This document shows, one piece after another, positions 1-10,133 of a stretch of DNA of 41,940 nucleotides. A model generated the notes under the pieces. The model did no database searches, was not told the DNA's origin, and saw only the letters and a program-made list of their open reading frames with translations. Numbering within the stretch: the stretch's first letter is position 1; every line of letters starts with the position of its first letter. The translations under genes were made by a program, and so were the position numbers. Source of the DNA: Cercozoa sp. M6MM (Eukaryota; Protista; Endomyxa: Ascetosporea); NCBI GenBank assembly GCA_040357565.1, contig JBDODJ010000097.1. One strand, 5' to 3'.

Positions 1-72
1 GGGGGGTAAAGAGGGGGGTAAAGCGGGGGGGGGGTAAAGAGGGGGGTAAAGAGGGGGGCAAAGAGGGGGCAA
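1..72 (+). repeat. G-rich minisatellite (GGGGGGTAAAGA-like units), inside an intron of the EPL1 gene; G-quadruplex-prone
   Basis: About 6 tandem GGGGG(G)(T/C)AAA(GA) units. It lies just past the minus-strand GT donor at 86-87. A similar unit occurs at 8805-9092 and ~33930-33950. Confidence 0.85.
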
Positions 73-87
73 AACAGGCGCAGGCAC

Positions 88-625
88 CGCTCTCCTTCTC
101 CCAGAGGTCGATGAGCGCCTCGACGAGATCCGGCGTCAGTTTCGACTGCGGCGAGCGCTGCTTGTGTTTCTTGAGCCACTCCTACCACAGACACAAGTGT
201 ACATATGGACAGGTACACATGTACACACACAGAGTAGCCGCACCTTGTCCTCGTGCAGCAAGTCGTAGCGATCGCTGTGAGTCTCGGTGCGAGCACCCGA
301 GTAGAAGCCGAAATGAATCATCTGCGGCGGCGGCTCCCACACGCGTCCGCCGCGCAGAGCCACCCAGTCCGGCGCGCCTCCTGGCGGGGGGGGGCGACCT
401 CCTTGCTCGGCTTGGGCACCATGATCTGCTGCGCGAGCTTGCGACGGTTGTGCTTGGCATCCTTGGCGCTGCTGCGCTGCCACTGCGACGGATGCACCAC
501 CTGCACACACACACATGCATATACATCCACAATATATCTGCTACAGACACACAAGCATATACGAGCTGGCACACCTCGATGGCGAGTGGCTCATTTGGCG
601 GCGGCCGTCCGGCCACGTCTTTCAT
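88..625 (-). CDS. Enhancer of polycomb-like (EPL1) domain protein, 5' exons; gene continues off the left edge
   Basis: Spliced translation: MKDVAGRPPPNEPLAIE|VVHPSQW..QQIMVPKPSKEVAP[1-nt shift]PPGGAPDW..PPPQMIHF..DRYDLLHEDK|EWLKKHKQ..LTPDLVEALIDLWEKES. This fits the EPL1 signature YD(M/L)DEEDxxWL...(F/V)ExxxDxxEKE. GT-AG introns at ~501-574 and ~182-243. Confidence 0.7.
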
Positions 626-1081
626 TGTGCTGTCTCTGTGCGTGTCTCTGTGTGTTGATGCAGGCCTTCCGATGCGGAAACAAGTCCAACTCTACTAGCA
701 CAAGCAGCGCGCAACACGGACGAGGAAGGAAGCAACAAGCCGAGTCGCGAAACCTGTGTCAACGAGTGGCTGTGCTTGGGCGTGATTTTTGGGGTCGGGT
801 ATCTTTTCCTGCCGTATCGAGCAGGTGACCCTGTTATTGCAACACGCCTGTGGCACCGCCACTCTGCACTCGCCTAGCGCCTCTACTGGTGCCTGGGCGC
901 TATGTTTTGGTTCGGTACCAAACAGGTACAAACGGCCAAAACATTTAGAAAATTCCTTCTGGTGGTTTGTTTACTGTTCCCGGTGTCATTGTGTCTGTGC
1001 ATGCGCGTTGTTTAGTGTCCCAGTGTGTTTTTGAGGTCGATCCGTTGATAAAAAGTTGAGGCCAATTCGGTTTGGGACGAA

Positions 1082-1911
1082 ATGGGCGAGCTGCACTTTG
1101 AAGGTGCACTGCACAATGAAGTCTTTGACCCAGACATTTTTCGGGAGATAAGGAGGGTACAGCTTGCATGTGCGTGTTTGCCCCTCGGACAAACTATAAT
1201 GTGGAATGCTTTATCAGTTGCAACAAACCTGGCGAAACGCGAAACGCGACTTTGTGGCAGCTCGTATCCAGCAGTTGTACGAGTGCTTTAAGGGGGCTGC
1301 GTGTGTTCTTGTTTCTTGCTATTTTTGGTATGTTGGTATTGATGCAGGCGACTGCAGCTGCTGTGCAGTGCGCGCAGTGTCGAGGAACTGCGCGACAAGA
1401 CGGCCGCCAGGTCACTGGAGTTGCCTCACTTCCCGCTGTCGCTTACGGGGTGCCCACCGAACTCTTTGCTGGTGTCCCAGTGTCTGTGTGTTTGTTACTC
1501 TACGCTGTGTGTCTGTTGGTATCAGGGAGGACGGTCAGTCGCTGCCTCTGCCACAGCAGAGCAAGACCGAGTGGAAGCAGGAGAAACTTGAGTATGCGAG
1601 GTGTGCTGCCTATCTACATATTTATATAAACTATCTATCTACGATATATCTATCTCTCACTATATATATATATATATATGTATATCTCTCTCGATCGATC
1701 TATCTACTTATCCATTTATCTATCTATCTGTCTAATTACTATACAATATATATATATATATATAATAAGGTACATATATATAATAAGGTACGATGGGCAG
1801 GCACAAGAAGCAACTGGAGCTGCAGCTGCGCGATCTGATCGGCCAGGTGGCCGCTGAGTCGAACCAACTCACGTCGTTGCAGCAGCAGATTTCCTCGCTC
1901 CAACTTCGCCT

Positions 1912-1951
<40 letters not shown>

Positions 1952-2776
1952 CTGCAACAACAACAACAACAACCCACAGGCTCGGACTCGTTTGCACAGG
2001 CTGCTATGGCGGCCGACCTTGCTGCTGAGGTAGAGAACATGCGATATCCCTACCCCTACCCGCACCCTACCCTACCCGACCCCCCCCTACCCCTATGTGC
2101 ACCCGTCTGGACAGAGAGCACGTCGCGAGCAGGCCGATGCGAAGTGCCAGCAGCGACGCCAGGTGAACGCCGAGCTGCGCCGCCGACTGGCGCTGCTGTC
2201 GGCCGAGCAGGCGGCGCCGAGACGCGCGCGCGAACTCACCGGCATCTCGCAGGTGCACCTGCGTGGCACCGATCGCACCATTGCCATAACACTCGAGTAC
2301 ACTGTCTTCCCCTACCCTACCCTTCCCTTCCCCTACCCTACCCTTCCCTTCCCCTACCCTACCCTTCTTCCCTCGCCTACCCTCCTTCCCACCCTACCCT
2401 CCTTCCCTACCCCACCCTCCTCTCCTACCCTTCTCCTACCCTAGCCTTCTCCTACCCTCCCCTATTCCTTGTGTACCTGGACACAGAGGCGAGAGGTTCG
2501 AGTTCGAGTTCGCCGAGAGCAGCGACGAGCACGAGAGTCGCCGCGTCGTAGCCGTGCGCAGTGCGCGACGCGGGCTGCTCAAGCAGCTCAAGCTGCGGCA
2601 GCAGGTGGCGCATCTGTTGCAGCACACGGCCACTCTGCCCGAGGACTACCACGACGACGCCTCTCTCACCGGCCTGCCTCGGCAGGACAATGACGCCCTC
2701 TGGTAGTCTGACACTGCACCCTCGAGTGTGTGTGTGTGTGTGCTTGTGTATGTGTGCTTGTGTGTGTGCTTGTGTG

Positions 2777-2826
<50 letters not shown>

Positions 2827-3049
2827 TGTGTGTGTATGTTAGATTGTGCTGTACCTGCACAGGTGGTTCTTCTCCGAGCTGGCCAAGTCGCTCGCTCTGC
2901 ACAAGCACCAGACCGGTGCCGTCACGGCCACACACACGAACGTTAACAGCACCGGTCGTGATGAGCCTGCGCCTGCTTACGAAGGGGTTGAGTCCTCAGG
3001 CAGCAGCACGAGTACTACTATCAGCGGCCCCGTCAGTCAAGAGTACTAA
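1082..3049 (+). CDS. Multi-exon coiled-coil protein with polyQ tract, unknown function
   Basis: Phase-compatible exons: MGELHFEGALHNEVFDPDIFREIRR|LQQTWRNAKRDFVAARIQQL|RLQLLCSARSVEELRDKTAA|..EWKQEKLE|HKKQLELQLRDL..(Q)n..|..WFFSELAKSLALHKHQ..SQEY*. Heptad-rich; divergent from the EPL1 gene. Confidence 0.7.
1912..1972 (+). repeat. Exonic (CAA)n trinucleotide repeat encoding polyglutamine
   Basis: About 19 CAA codons interrupted by one CTG, in frame with the coiled-coil exon. Confidence 0.9.
2048..2465 (+). repeat. Intronic (CCCTA/CCCTT)n tracts (two blocks, ~2048-2095 and ~2306-2465)
   Basis: Degenerate CCCTACCCTACCCTTCCC arrays within introns of the coiled-coil gene. Confidence 0.85.
2725..2835 (+). 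repeat. Intronic (GT)n microsatellite
   Basis: Long GT dinucleotide run upstream of the acceptor at ~2861. Confidence 0.95.
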
Positions 3050-3477
3050 CCGTGCCGTACGTGCACTAGGACATTGGCTGTCCGTGTATCAGTATGCATG
3101 TGCGTCGATGAACTAGATGGTGCAGGGAACTGCATCTGTGCTGGTACCCCTGCTTGCAGAAGGCGGCAGCCTTCCTTGACTTTGTTTCCAGAGCCATTCC
3201 CCTTCAGGAAACCAACTTATATGATAAACTGACCTTGCCCGTTGCGGATCGCTCCTGCAAGGCAGGACGCAATGCCTTGCGCGGACTATGGTCTCTTGAT
3301 CAAAGAAGCTCCGCCTTTGCCGGGTCCGTCTCGAGTAAATTGAGTACGAATCTGTGTTTACTATTTGGAACTGATACAGAACACGTAGTCGGTTTACACT
3401 ACAGACAAGTTGATTGAAGCTTTGAAGTTGGGTGGAGGGGCATGTGGCTACTGCAATCGAACCGAGTTCAGCACAGT

Positions 3478-4213
3478 TCAATTGCAGCTGCCCTCGAAGG
3501 ACTCGATGATTTCAAACTCTTCCAGGCTAACGTAGACGTCGAAGCTGCCGTCGTCCTTGACAGTTTGCGTCGACGCGGTCAAGGTGCGAGACGCTTCAAC
3601 CTGCTCCTCCTCTTGGGTCGACTCTTCGGTGTCACTCGTCTGTGTACTCGCCTCGGAGAGAGTTGCTTCCTGGGCCCTTTGGTACGGCTACAGTATGATC
3701 TGTAGAGGTTAAAGCTGTACTTTTCCACTTGTAGTGCATCCACGATGTCACACAAGGCGTCGACGTCCTCTTGTAGCAGCGTGAGCGTACGAGCTTGGTC
3801 TGAGCAGTGACATATAATTTAAGTTTATATATATGTACATCAATATTAATATTCGCACTCAAAGGGTGGGAGATACCCATGTCGTTGGTTCGCAGAGCGG
3901 TCAGTGTCTGACGGAGCGATCGCAGCTTTGCTTTCGTGCGGGCGTTTTGTTCGATCTCTCGGTGAGCACGCGAGGCCTGCAGCAGCACTTCATCGATACT
4001 CTATCCAATGCAACACATGTATTGAACAGTGAGTCTTACAGCAAGGAGCGCCAGGCGGACAGACGGATCCTCCGCGTAGTCAATGCTGCACTCACATGTA
4101 CACCCGCCAATCAGTAGCGAAGAGGATACAACATTGGTCGACTCGTAAACTTAATTTACGGGCGGTGTCCGTCGTCCGAAGTGACATCGACACGGACCCC
4201 GCTTTCGCTGTCC

Positions 4214-4287
<74 letters not shown>

Positions 4288-4969
4288 CACGCACACACAC
4301 ACACACACACATCATGCATAGACACCCCAACTGTTTAAAGGGAACTGTACAGTAGAGCAGTCACGAGCATGATATTGTCGTTGAGCGCTGCCAGGTGAAG
4401 GGCAGTGTCACCGCTCCGAGACAGCACGAGCGTGTCCAACGAGAACTCGCGGTTACCTTCTGCCCGAAACGCGTAGTTTAGACAAATGTTTATCCCCCCT
4501 TACCCCCCTACCCCCCTGGGACCCTACCTGAACAAGCAGCAGTGTTGCTCGCGCCTAAGCAATGCGCTCGCACGTACGCATCGTCGCCTCCAAGTGCTAA
4601 GTCACGCCAGCAACATATCATATATATGAACTACAGTACGAAACGACAATTCGGAAGGAGAGAACCTGTGCCGAATCGAGCCAACAGGTAGTGAGCCAAC
4701 TCCGAGAGATCGAGATCGCAGGCTGAGCATTGTCGACAGGCATTGGAAGCCACATACCACACGCATACGTTTACCATCCACAACGAGCGAGACGACAGCG
4801 CGTAGAACGTGTTCGTATTCTGGCAGCCGAAGCTTTTTCTAATCGTATACAACAGTGCCCCTACAGTACAGATAGATATAGGGCGATAGCGGAGCGTTGT
4901 ATTTATACTTGGTCATTGACGCGCGAGCGAAGGTCCCACTCGTAACGACTGCATGCAAAAGCAACCGTC

Positions 4970-5014
<45 letters not shown>

Positions 5015-5114
5015 NNNNNNNNNNNNNNNNNNNNNNNNNNNNNNNNNNNNNNNNNNNNNNNNNNNNNNNNNNNNNNNNNNNNNNNNNNNNNNNNNNNNNN
5101 NNNNNNNNNNNNNN

Positions 5115-5161
<47 letters not shown>

Positions 5162-5678
5162 AGTACCGTTCTAGATTGAGAGCTTTGTCGAGGATCGCAG
5201 ACACCTCCGAGATATCCGAGCGTGCCTGAATTATAGTATCGATTTATAGTGTATTTTCAAACTTGGTCTACGGAGACTTCGACACACATATACCTTCCAC
5301 AAGGAGACGGCGAGGGCGCTGTCATCGCCGAGTGCGACCGCTTTATCTCTAGTTACAGTGATCAAATGCACCCCATCCCCCGATGGACCCTTGTACCCTT
5401 TTATAACTGAAACCAAAAAAGTTGAATTACTTGTCGCGCTTGAGACCTGCGGTGTCGTTCCCGGCGTCACTCACTTCAACTGGTACATAAAGAATTCCAA
5501 ACAACACGCGCGGCACAGTGCTGTACGATACAAGACGCTTACACAGATGAGGAAGCAATGGCGTTTCTCTGGGAGGGAAAAGGCAAACTGAAAATCATTC
5601 GTGTCCACACCCTTCTCAGTTAGTTTGAGGAAAGCGTGTGATATCTTACAGGTCACTCCACATGGTGTTTTTTCGCAT
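3478..5678 (-). CDS. Ankyrin-repeat protein with C-terminal coiled coil and acidic tail (about 14 exons; start uncertain)
   Basis: Exons give ..VVD|ACDLDLSELAHYLLARFG.. and a canonical ankyrin repeat SGDTALHLAALNDNIMLVTALL|ESGVRVDVTSDDGHRP|IDYA. These are followed by LQASRAHREIEQNARTKAKLRSLRQTL and ..EEFEIIESFEGSCN* (TGA at 3478-3480). Confidence 0.75.
4215..4310 (+). repeat. Intronic (AC)n microsatellite
   Basis: AC run; reads (GT)n on the sense strand of the ankyrin gene. Confidence 0.95.
4970..5158. repeat. Intronic (AC)n microsatellite spanning a 100-N assembly gap (5015-5114)
   Basis: AC runs on both sides of the N block. Confidence 0.95.
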
Positions 5679-6239
5679 AACGTGCGTAGGGGTATGCCAG
5701 TCTAAAGCCCATAAGTCTCACTTCTTATGCCCCCAGTGGCTCTCAGGCGAGCTGCAGGCGCGCGCCAGTTTGAGCAGTATTTCGCAAGTCCGAGTGCACA
5801 GCGAGCTCAACAGCTATTTGGCAAGACAGTTTGCTTATTGTGGAAGGCAAACCACACCGAGCAGGTCCAGAGGCAAACCAACACGAACACCGAGTACCGG
5901 TTTGGCGAACTGCCTGACAGAACCAGAGATTCGCGACTGGTTAATAGTGGTCCAACGAACAGAAACGCCAAGGCTCCGAGTTGCACTAAGGACAGACTCA
6001 GTTGCCCTGAATCTTGTTTTAAACAGAAATCGATATTGAAAAACAAAACAAATGTCGAGCATGAGTTTTGGTGATCTGCGATCGCTTTTTCGTGTTTCCT
6101 CGCTGAGGACCGCCCTGCATATCCCTGGTGCCCCAAAAGTGCAGCTGAGCAGTTTGATCACCTCGTACCCTTTTTCTGAAGGTAGTGCTGTTCCCTGATT
6201 TGTTTTTGTTTTTTGTGCTCGACACTGCTCCTGCACAGG

Positions 6240-6612
6240 ATGCGGTCGGGAGATTCCGACGTGTATCGGCGTCTGCACGATGACACGCAAGTGCAAGCGC
6301 AGGTGGTCGATGACTACTACGCGTCGGTACCGAGTGATCTAATTGTGTTGTGTACGTGCGGATGAAGGAGACATGCTTTTCTAACAATGCAATGCAGATC
6401 CCGTTCAAGCCGGTTGTCAGCGGCTGGATCGCCATTGTTGGCGCGTGTCTTGCTGGTATCCAATGAGCTGGGACTAGTCTACTGTTTGTTTCGAATGTGT
6501 GAACACGTGGATGAGCAGTCGGACACCTGGTGCTGTTGTTCCTCGACTTTGAAGTGTCGGACGCACACCGCTTCGTTGTACGTTTTATAAATGCTGCGTT
6601 GAGCTATGCAAG

Positions 6613-6663
<51 letters not shown>

Positions 6664-7584
6664 CACACGCACACACAGTGTTGTGTGTTTTAGGGACTGT
6701 GTGCTGTGCACCTCCTGCTGGTGACGCTCGTTATTGTCGCTGTTCGCACCGAGCGCGGTCAATTCCTTCCGCGCGGATACATGGACGTACGGTCATTCTC
6801 ATGACCAGTTAGTGCGTGAGGGAGTGAGTGTTTGATGAATTCTGTGTGTGTACAGTTGTATCGAGGAACCGGTGCATGCTCGGCGATCCCGCTTTTCGCG
6901 TGTGCTGTTTCACTGGTTAGTTTCGCTGAGACCATTTGACCTTTCGACAAGTGTTGTGTGTTTGCGTTGTTGTGTACAAGTCGCTTTGTATGTGTGGCAG
7001 GGCACGACGTGCCTGTCGACAGCGTACGAGTTTCCTCGAACAGAGGAGAAACGTCACTCGACGCTGATTGCCGTGCAGGTTCGTTCTTTGCCTCTTGTCT
7101 GTGGCTTGTTGCAGCCTTGTTGCACATGCTTCCTCCCTGCCGTTTGTCTGACAGTCGATGTGCGACCTGGTGGCTTTCGTCGCCTTCTGCGTGCTGGCTC
7201 ATCGATGCGTAGTTCCTCCCTTTCCTTCTTCCCTTTCCTTCTTCCCTTTCCTTCTTCCCTTTCCTTCTTCCCTTTCCTTCTTCCGTTTCTTTCTTCCCTT
7301 TCTTCCTTCCCTTTCTTCTTCGCTTTCCTTCTGGTATCACTTTGTCTGTATGTCTGGATGCGTTTGTTCAGTTCTCGCACAATCGTCAGCGACCGCTGCC
7401 GGATGCTGTGTACCGACTGACCCACGGAGGCGGGTAATCCCGTTTACTCTCCGATCTATTAATATGTAGACGTGCTTGTGTGTGCTTGTTCACCTGCAGC
7501 GAGCAAAGCGGCGAGCAGGACGGTGAAGAGCGCCGTCTGCTGCGACGACAGGTCTCTTTGACTGCTGCTGCCAGATGCCTCTGC

Positions 7585-7632
<48 letters not shown>

Positions 7633-7642
7633 NNNNNNNNNN

Positions 7643-7690
<48 letters not shown>

Positions 7691-8502
7691 ACGTGTTGTT
7701 GTTGCGCAGGCCCACGTGATCGTGTTTCTGGACGACCAAGTGCGTCGCCTGCACCGCGAGGTCGTGCGTCTGCAGCACGTACTCCTTTGCCTCCTGTCCG
7801 TATTCACACCTATCCATATAAATAATGCATGCAATGTCCGCAGGGTGCTAGCACCTCGGCAAGCATCGCAGAGAGCGATGCTGACGACCTGGAGAAGCAG
7901 CAGGTCTCCTGCACACACACGCACACGCACACACACCTGCAGGCTTTTCATGTTTATTTGTGTGTACAGACGGAAGAGAGCAGCATGAAGTTGCGCGAGT
8001 TGCAGGACTCGCTGGCTGGCAAGACGCGTCAGGTGGGCGTGTTCCTGCCACCCCTGTTGTGTGGTGGTCGATGCAGATGCATAAGTGTGCCTTGTGTGCA
8101 GATTGCGGCACTGGCGCAACTGCGTTCGGAGCAGCAAAAGGAGATCGACGACCTCACTGCCTCCAATGCCGAGGTGCGCTTCCCTCTGTCTTCATGTGGT
8201 ACCATTACTGTGTGGTCCGGTGCAGCTCAAACAGCAGCAGCAAGAGCTGCGCATCATGCTGGACGCCGAGCGACAAGCCAACGCCGAGGCACAGGTCCTC
8301 CTGGCTGGTCTCGATGAGCAGTTTGGACACGGCGTCGTGCAGGACCAGGTGCCTTTTTTCAACACCTTCTCTCTGCCCTGTGTACACACTGGGTTCTTCT
8401 TGTTTTCCGCAGGCATCCGAAGCGACAAGTTTCAACTCGACCGGCCCGATCTTTGGCAGGTCCGGCGGTAGCACGCCCCACACGCCTCACACGCCGTCCT
8501 AG
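6240..8502 (+). CDS. TMEM192: TMEM192 / plant FIP1-like 4-TM protein with C-terminal coiled coil
   Basis: Spliced product MRSGDSDVYRRLHDD..IPFKPVVSGWIAIVGACLAVGHLVLLF.. contains LPRGYMD|LYRGT (RGYxxxYRxT), FSHNRQRPLPD (FNxxxPxPD) and LLRRQ|AHVIVFLDDQVRRLHREV (LLEKQADLIxYL), all TMEM192 motifs. A long coiled coil follows, ending HTPS*. Confidence 0.75.
7213..7331 (+). repeat. Intronic polypyrimidine tandem repeat (TTCCCTTTCCTTC-type)
   Basis: Near-pure pyrimidine tract of repeated CCCTTTCCTTCTT units. Confidence 0.9.
7587..7689 (+). repeat. Intronic (GT)n microsatellite with a 10-N gap
   Basis: GT run with Ns at 7633-7642. Confidence 0.95.
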
Positions 8503-8708
8503 CAGAGCCTACGATTGTCTGCCGCGCCACCAGACGAGAGTGTACATGTACATCGATGCACACCCCAGCCGAACCAACGCACGCGACGTCCGTCAGACGA
8601 GATCTAAAGATTACTTGCGGTGCGGTGCAGCTCGCGATCAGTTACCGGTTTGTTGTTCGCGTTCGGTATACCAATGGAATGATACTACGCTCCGCTACAC
8701 ATATAACT

Positions 8709-9137
8709 GGGTATGGCGGGGCGGGGGGGGGGGGGGGTTTGAGGCAAAATCAGAACCCCCCCAAATACCGCACTCAAACTACAGTACTCTTATTAGATGT
8801 ACGGCGGTAAAGGGGGGTTTGGGAGCAAAGGGGGTTAGGGGTAAAGCGGGTTAGGGGTAAAGGGGTTAGGGGGTAATGGGAGGTAAAGGGGATTAGGGGT
8901 AAACGAAAGGGGGTNNNNNNNNNNNNNNNNNNNNNNNNNNNNNNNNNNNNNNNNNNNNNNNNNNNNNNNNNNNNNNNNNNNNNNNNNNNNNNNNNNNNNN
9001 NNNNNNNNNNNNNNAGGGGGTAATGGGAGGTAAAGGGGATTAGGGGTAAACGAAAGGGGGTAAAGGGGGTAAAGGGGGTAAAGGGGGTAAAATGGGGATT
9101 TGATTCTTATTTTGCCTTAAAAAACCCCGCCATACCC
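8709..9137. mobile_element. Non-autonomous DNA transposon (MITE, Mutator-like) with G-rich/TTAGGG interior
   Basis: Left end: GGGTATGGCGGGG..TTTGAGGCAAAATCAGAA. Reverse complement of right end: GGGTATGGCGGGG-TTTTTTAAGGCAAAATAAGAA. The flanking 9-mers CATATAACT (8700-8708) and CATACAACG (9138-9146) match 7/9. No ORF; 100-N gap at 8915-9014. Confidence 0.65.
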
Positions 9138-9484
9138 CATACAACGCATCTGCGCCGCGCTGGCGGGCGTTCCGTAGAAAGCGGCATTCGATTCACTTCT
9201 ACTGTACGTATACCGGCTATCAGTGTTGTTCGGCCAATGATATTGAACCCACAAAGGTACCTGACGTACGGCTATCAGTGCACTAAAGCAAAGCTTACAG
9301 TAGTGCTGTAGTCGGTTGTTGATGTTTCTTTTTAGTTTGTTCTGGTCGAGCCTGACGAGCTGCCGTGCTTAACGTTGAGTCGTTTTGACAACACAGTCTG
9401 TATTGCGTATTTCCTTGCATTAGAGGGAAAGTCTTCAGTTTACGTCGCGTTATTCCTCGTCTTCAATCCAGTTGCCATGGATCA

Positions 9485-9972
9485 TCAAAAGGGTCGATGC
9501 ACAGTTGCTGCCGAAGCAGTGCCGAAATTTGCGTGATAGGCATGTGCGAGGCCTACAGTGTAATTATAAGTACATCTTCGCACAGACACACAAAATTCAC
9601 CTTGGTTCCAGAGCTTGTTGATGAGTCTAAATGTGCGATCCGCAAAAAGCGATTCGTCAGTGAACTGCCAATGCATACAGTGCTCCCGGATATCGAACGC
9701 TCCCCGTGGAAAGAACCAAAATACCGAGTGGAGCGCGTTGAATGGGTTGCCGTTCGTCTCTTGCTGGTTGCAGCGTTGTCGCCATGCGGCAGTTGGTCCC
9801 ATCAGTCTGTGTTTGTCTGCCGTGACTTCGCCAAGGCAGGTTCTACCGCGTGCAGCAAGTTTCTCTAGCCTTTCGGAACGCTGCCGTTCGAGTTCTTCGT
9901 GAGCTTGGCGAGCAGCATCGACTTGTTTCTGTCGTTCCGCATCAACTCGTTGTCGCTCAGCAACCTTTTCTT
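9485..9972 (-). CDS. CCDC148-like C-terminal fragment (5' end not identifiable; possibly a relic)
   Basis: Phase-compatible exons 9725-9972, 9601-9664 and 9485-9552 give EKVAERQRVDAERQKQ..ERQRSERLEKLAARGRTCLGEVTADKHRLMGPTAAW..NPFNALHS|FTDESLFADRTFRLINKLWNQ|GL.. This resembles the CCDC148 tail (RLExL..DPxRL..PT..PLF....Y/FxxxxLxxDxRxR...L...GL). Confidence 0.5.
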
Positions 9973-10133
9973 CTGGTCAAAACTTCCGCGCGGATGGCGG
10001 AATATATGAAACGATCGCGCTAGGTTATTCGACTAGAGGTGTAAACGAGTTCAACACGAGTCTTGGTGTTCGTGCAACTTAACTCACCTCAGTGGAATCA
10101 CGGTTGCGCCTTGCAACTCAGTTTGGGAGAGCG

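Noticed and set aside
1-72. True chromosome telomere at the window start
   Set aside because: The units are irregular GGGGGGTAAAGA rather than a perfect telomere repeat, and they lie in an intron of a gene that continues leftward.
383-400. 18-nt nucleomorph-style micro-intron GTCGCCCCCCCCCGCCAG in EPL1
   Set aside because: Its length is a multiple of 3, so removing it does not fix the frameshift. No other introns this short are supported.
5568-6074. Plus-strand gene overlapping the 5' end of the ankyrin gene
   Set aside because: It needs non-canonical donors and has no recognisable product. The minus-strand exon chain explains the region better.
6441-6518. GC-AG intron in TMEM192
   Set aside because: A canonical GT donor at ~6456 gives the same phase and a better TM segment.
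2561-7825. ORFs rich in CVCV/HTHT/PYPT from the six-frame track
   Set aside because: These are translations of intronic microsatellites.
8868-9061. 47-bp direct repeat on both sides of the N-gap as a biological duplication
   Set aside because: Identical sequence abutting both sides of a standard 100-N gap is typical of unmerged contig overlap.
9817-9846. 30-nt intron in the CCDC148-like fragment
   Set aside because: It reads through in frame (GRTCLGEVTA) and fits the family motif better unspliced.
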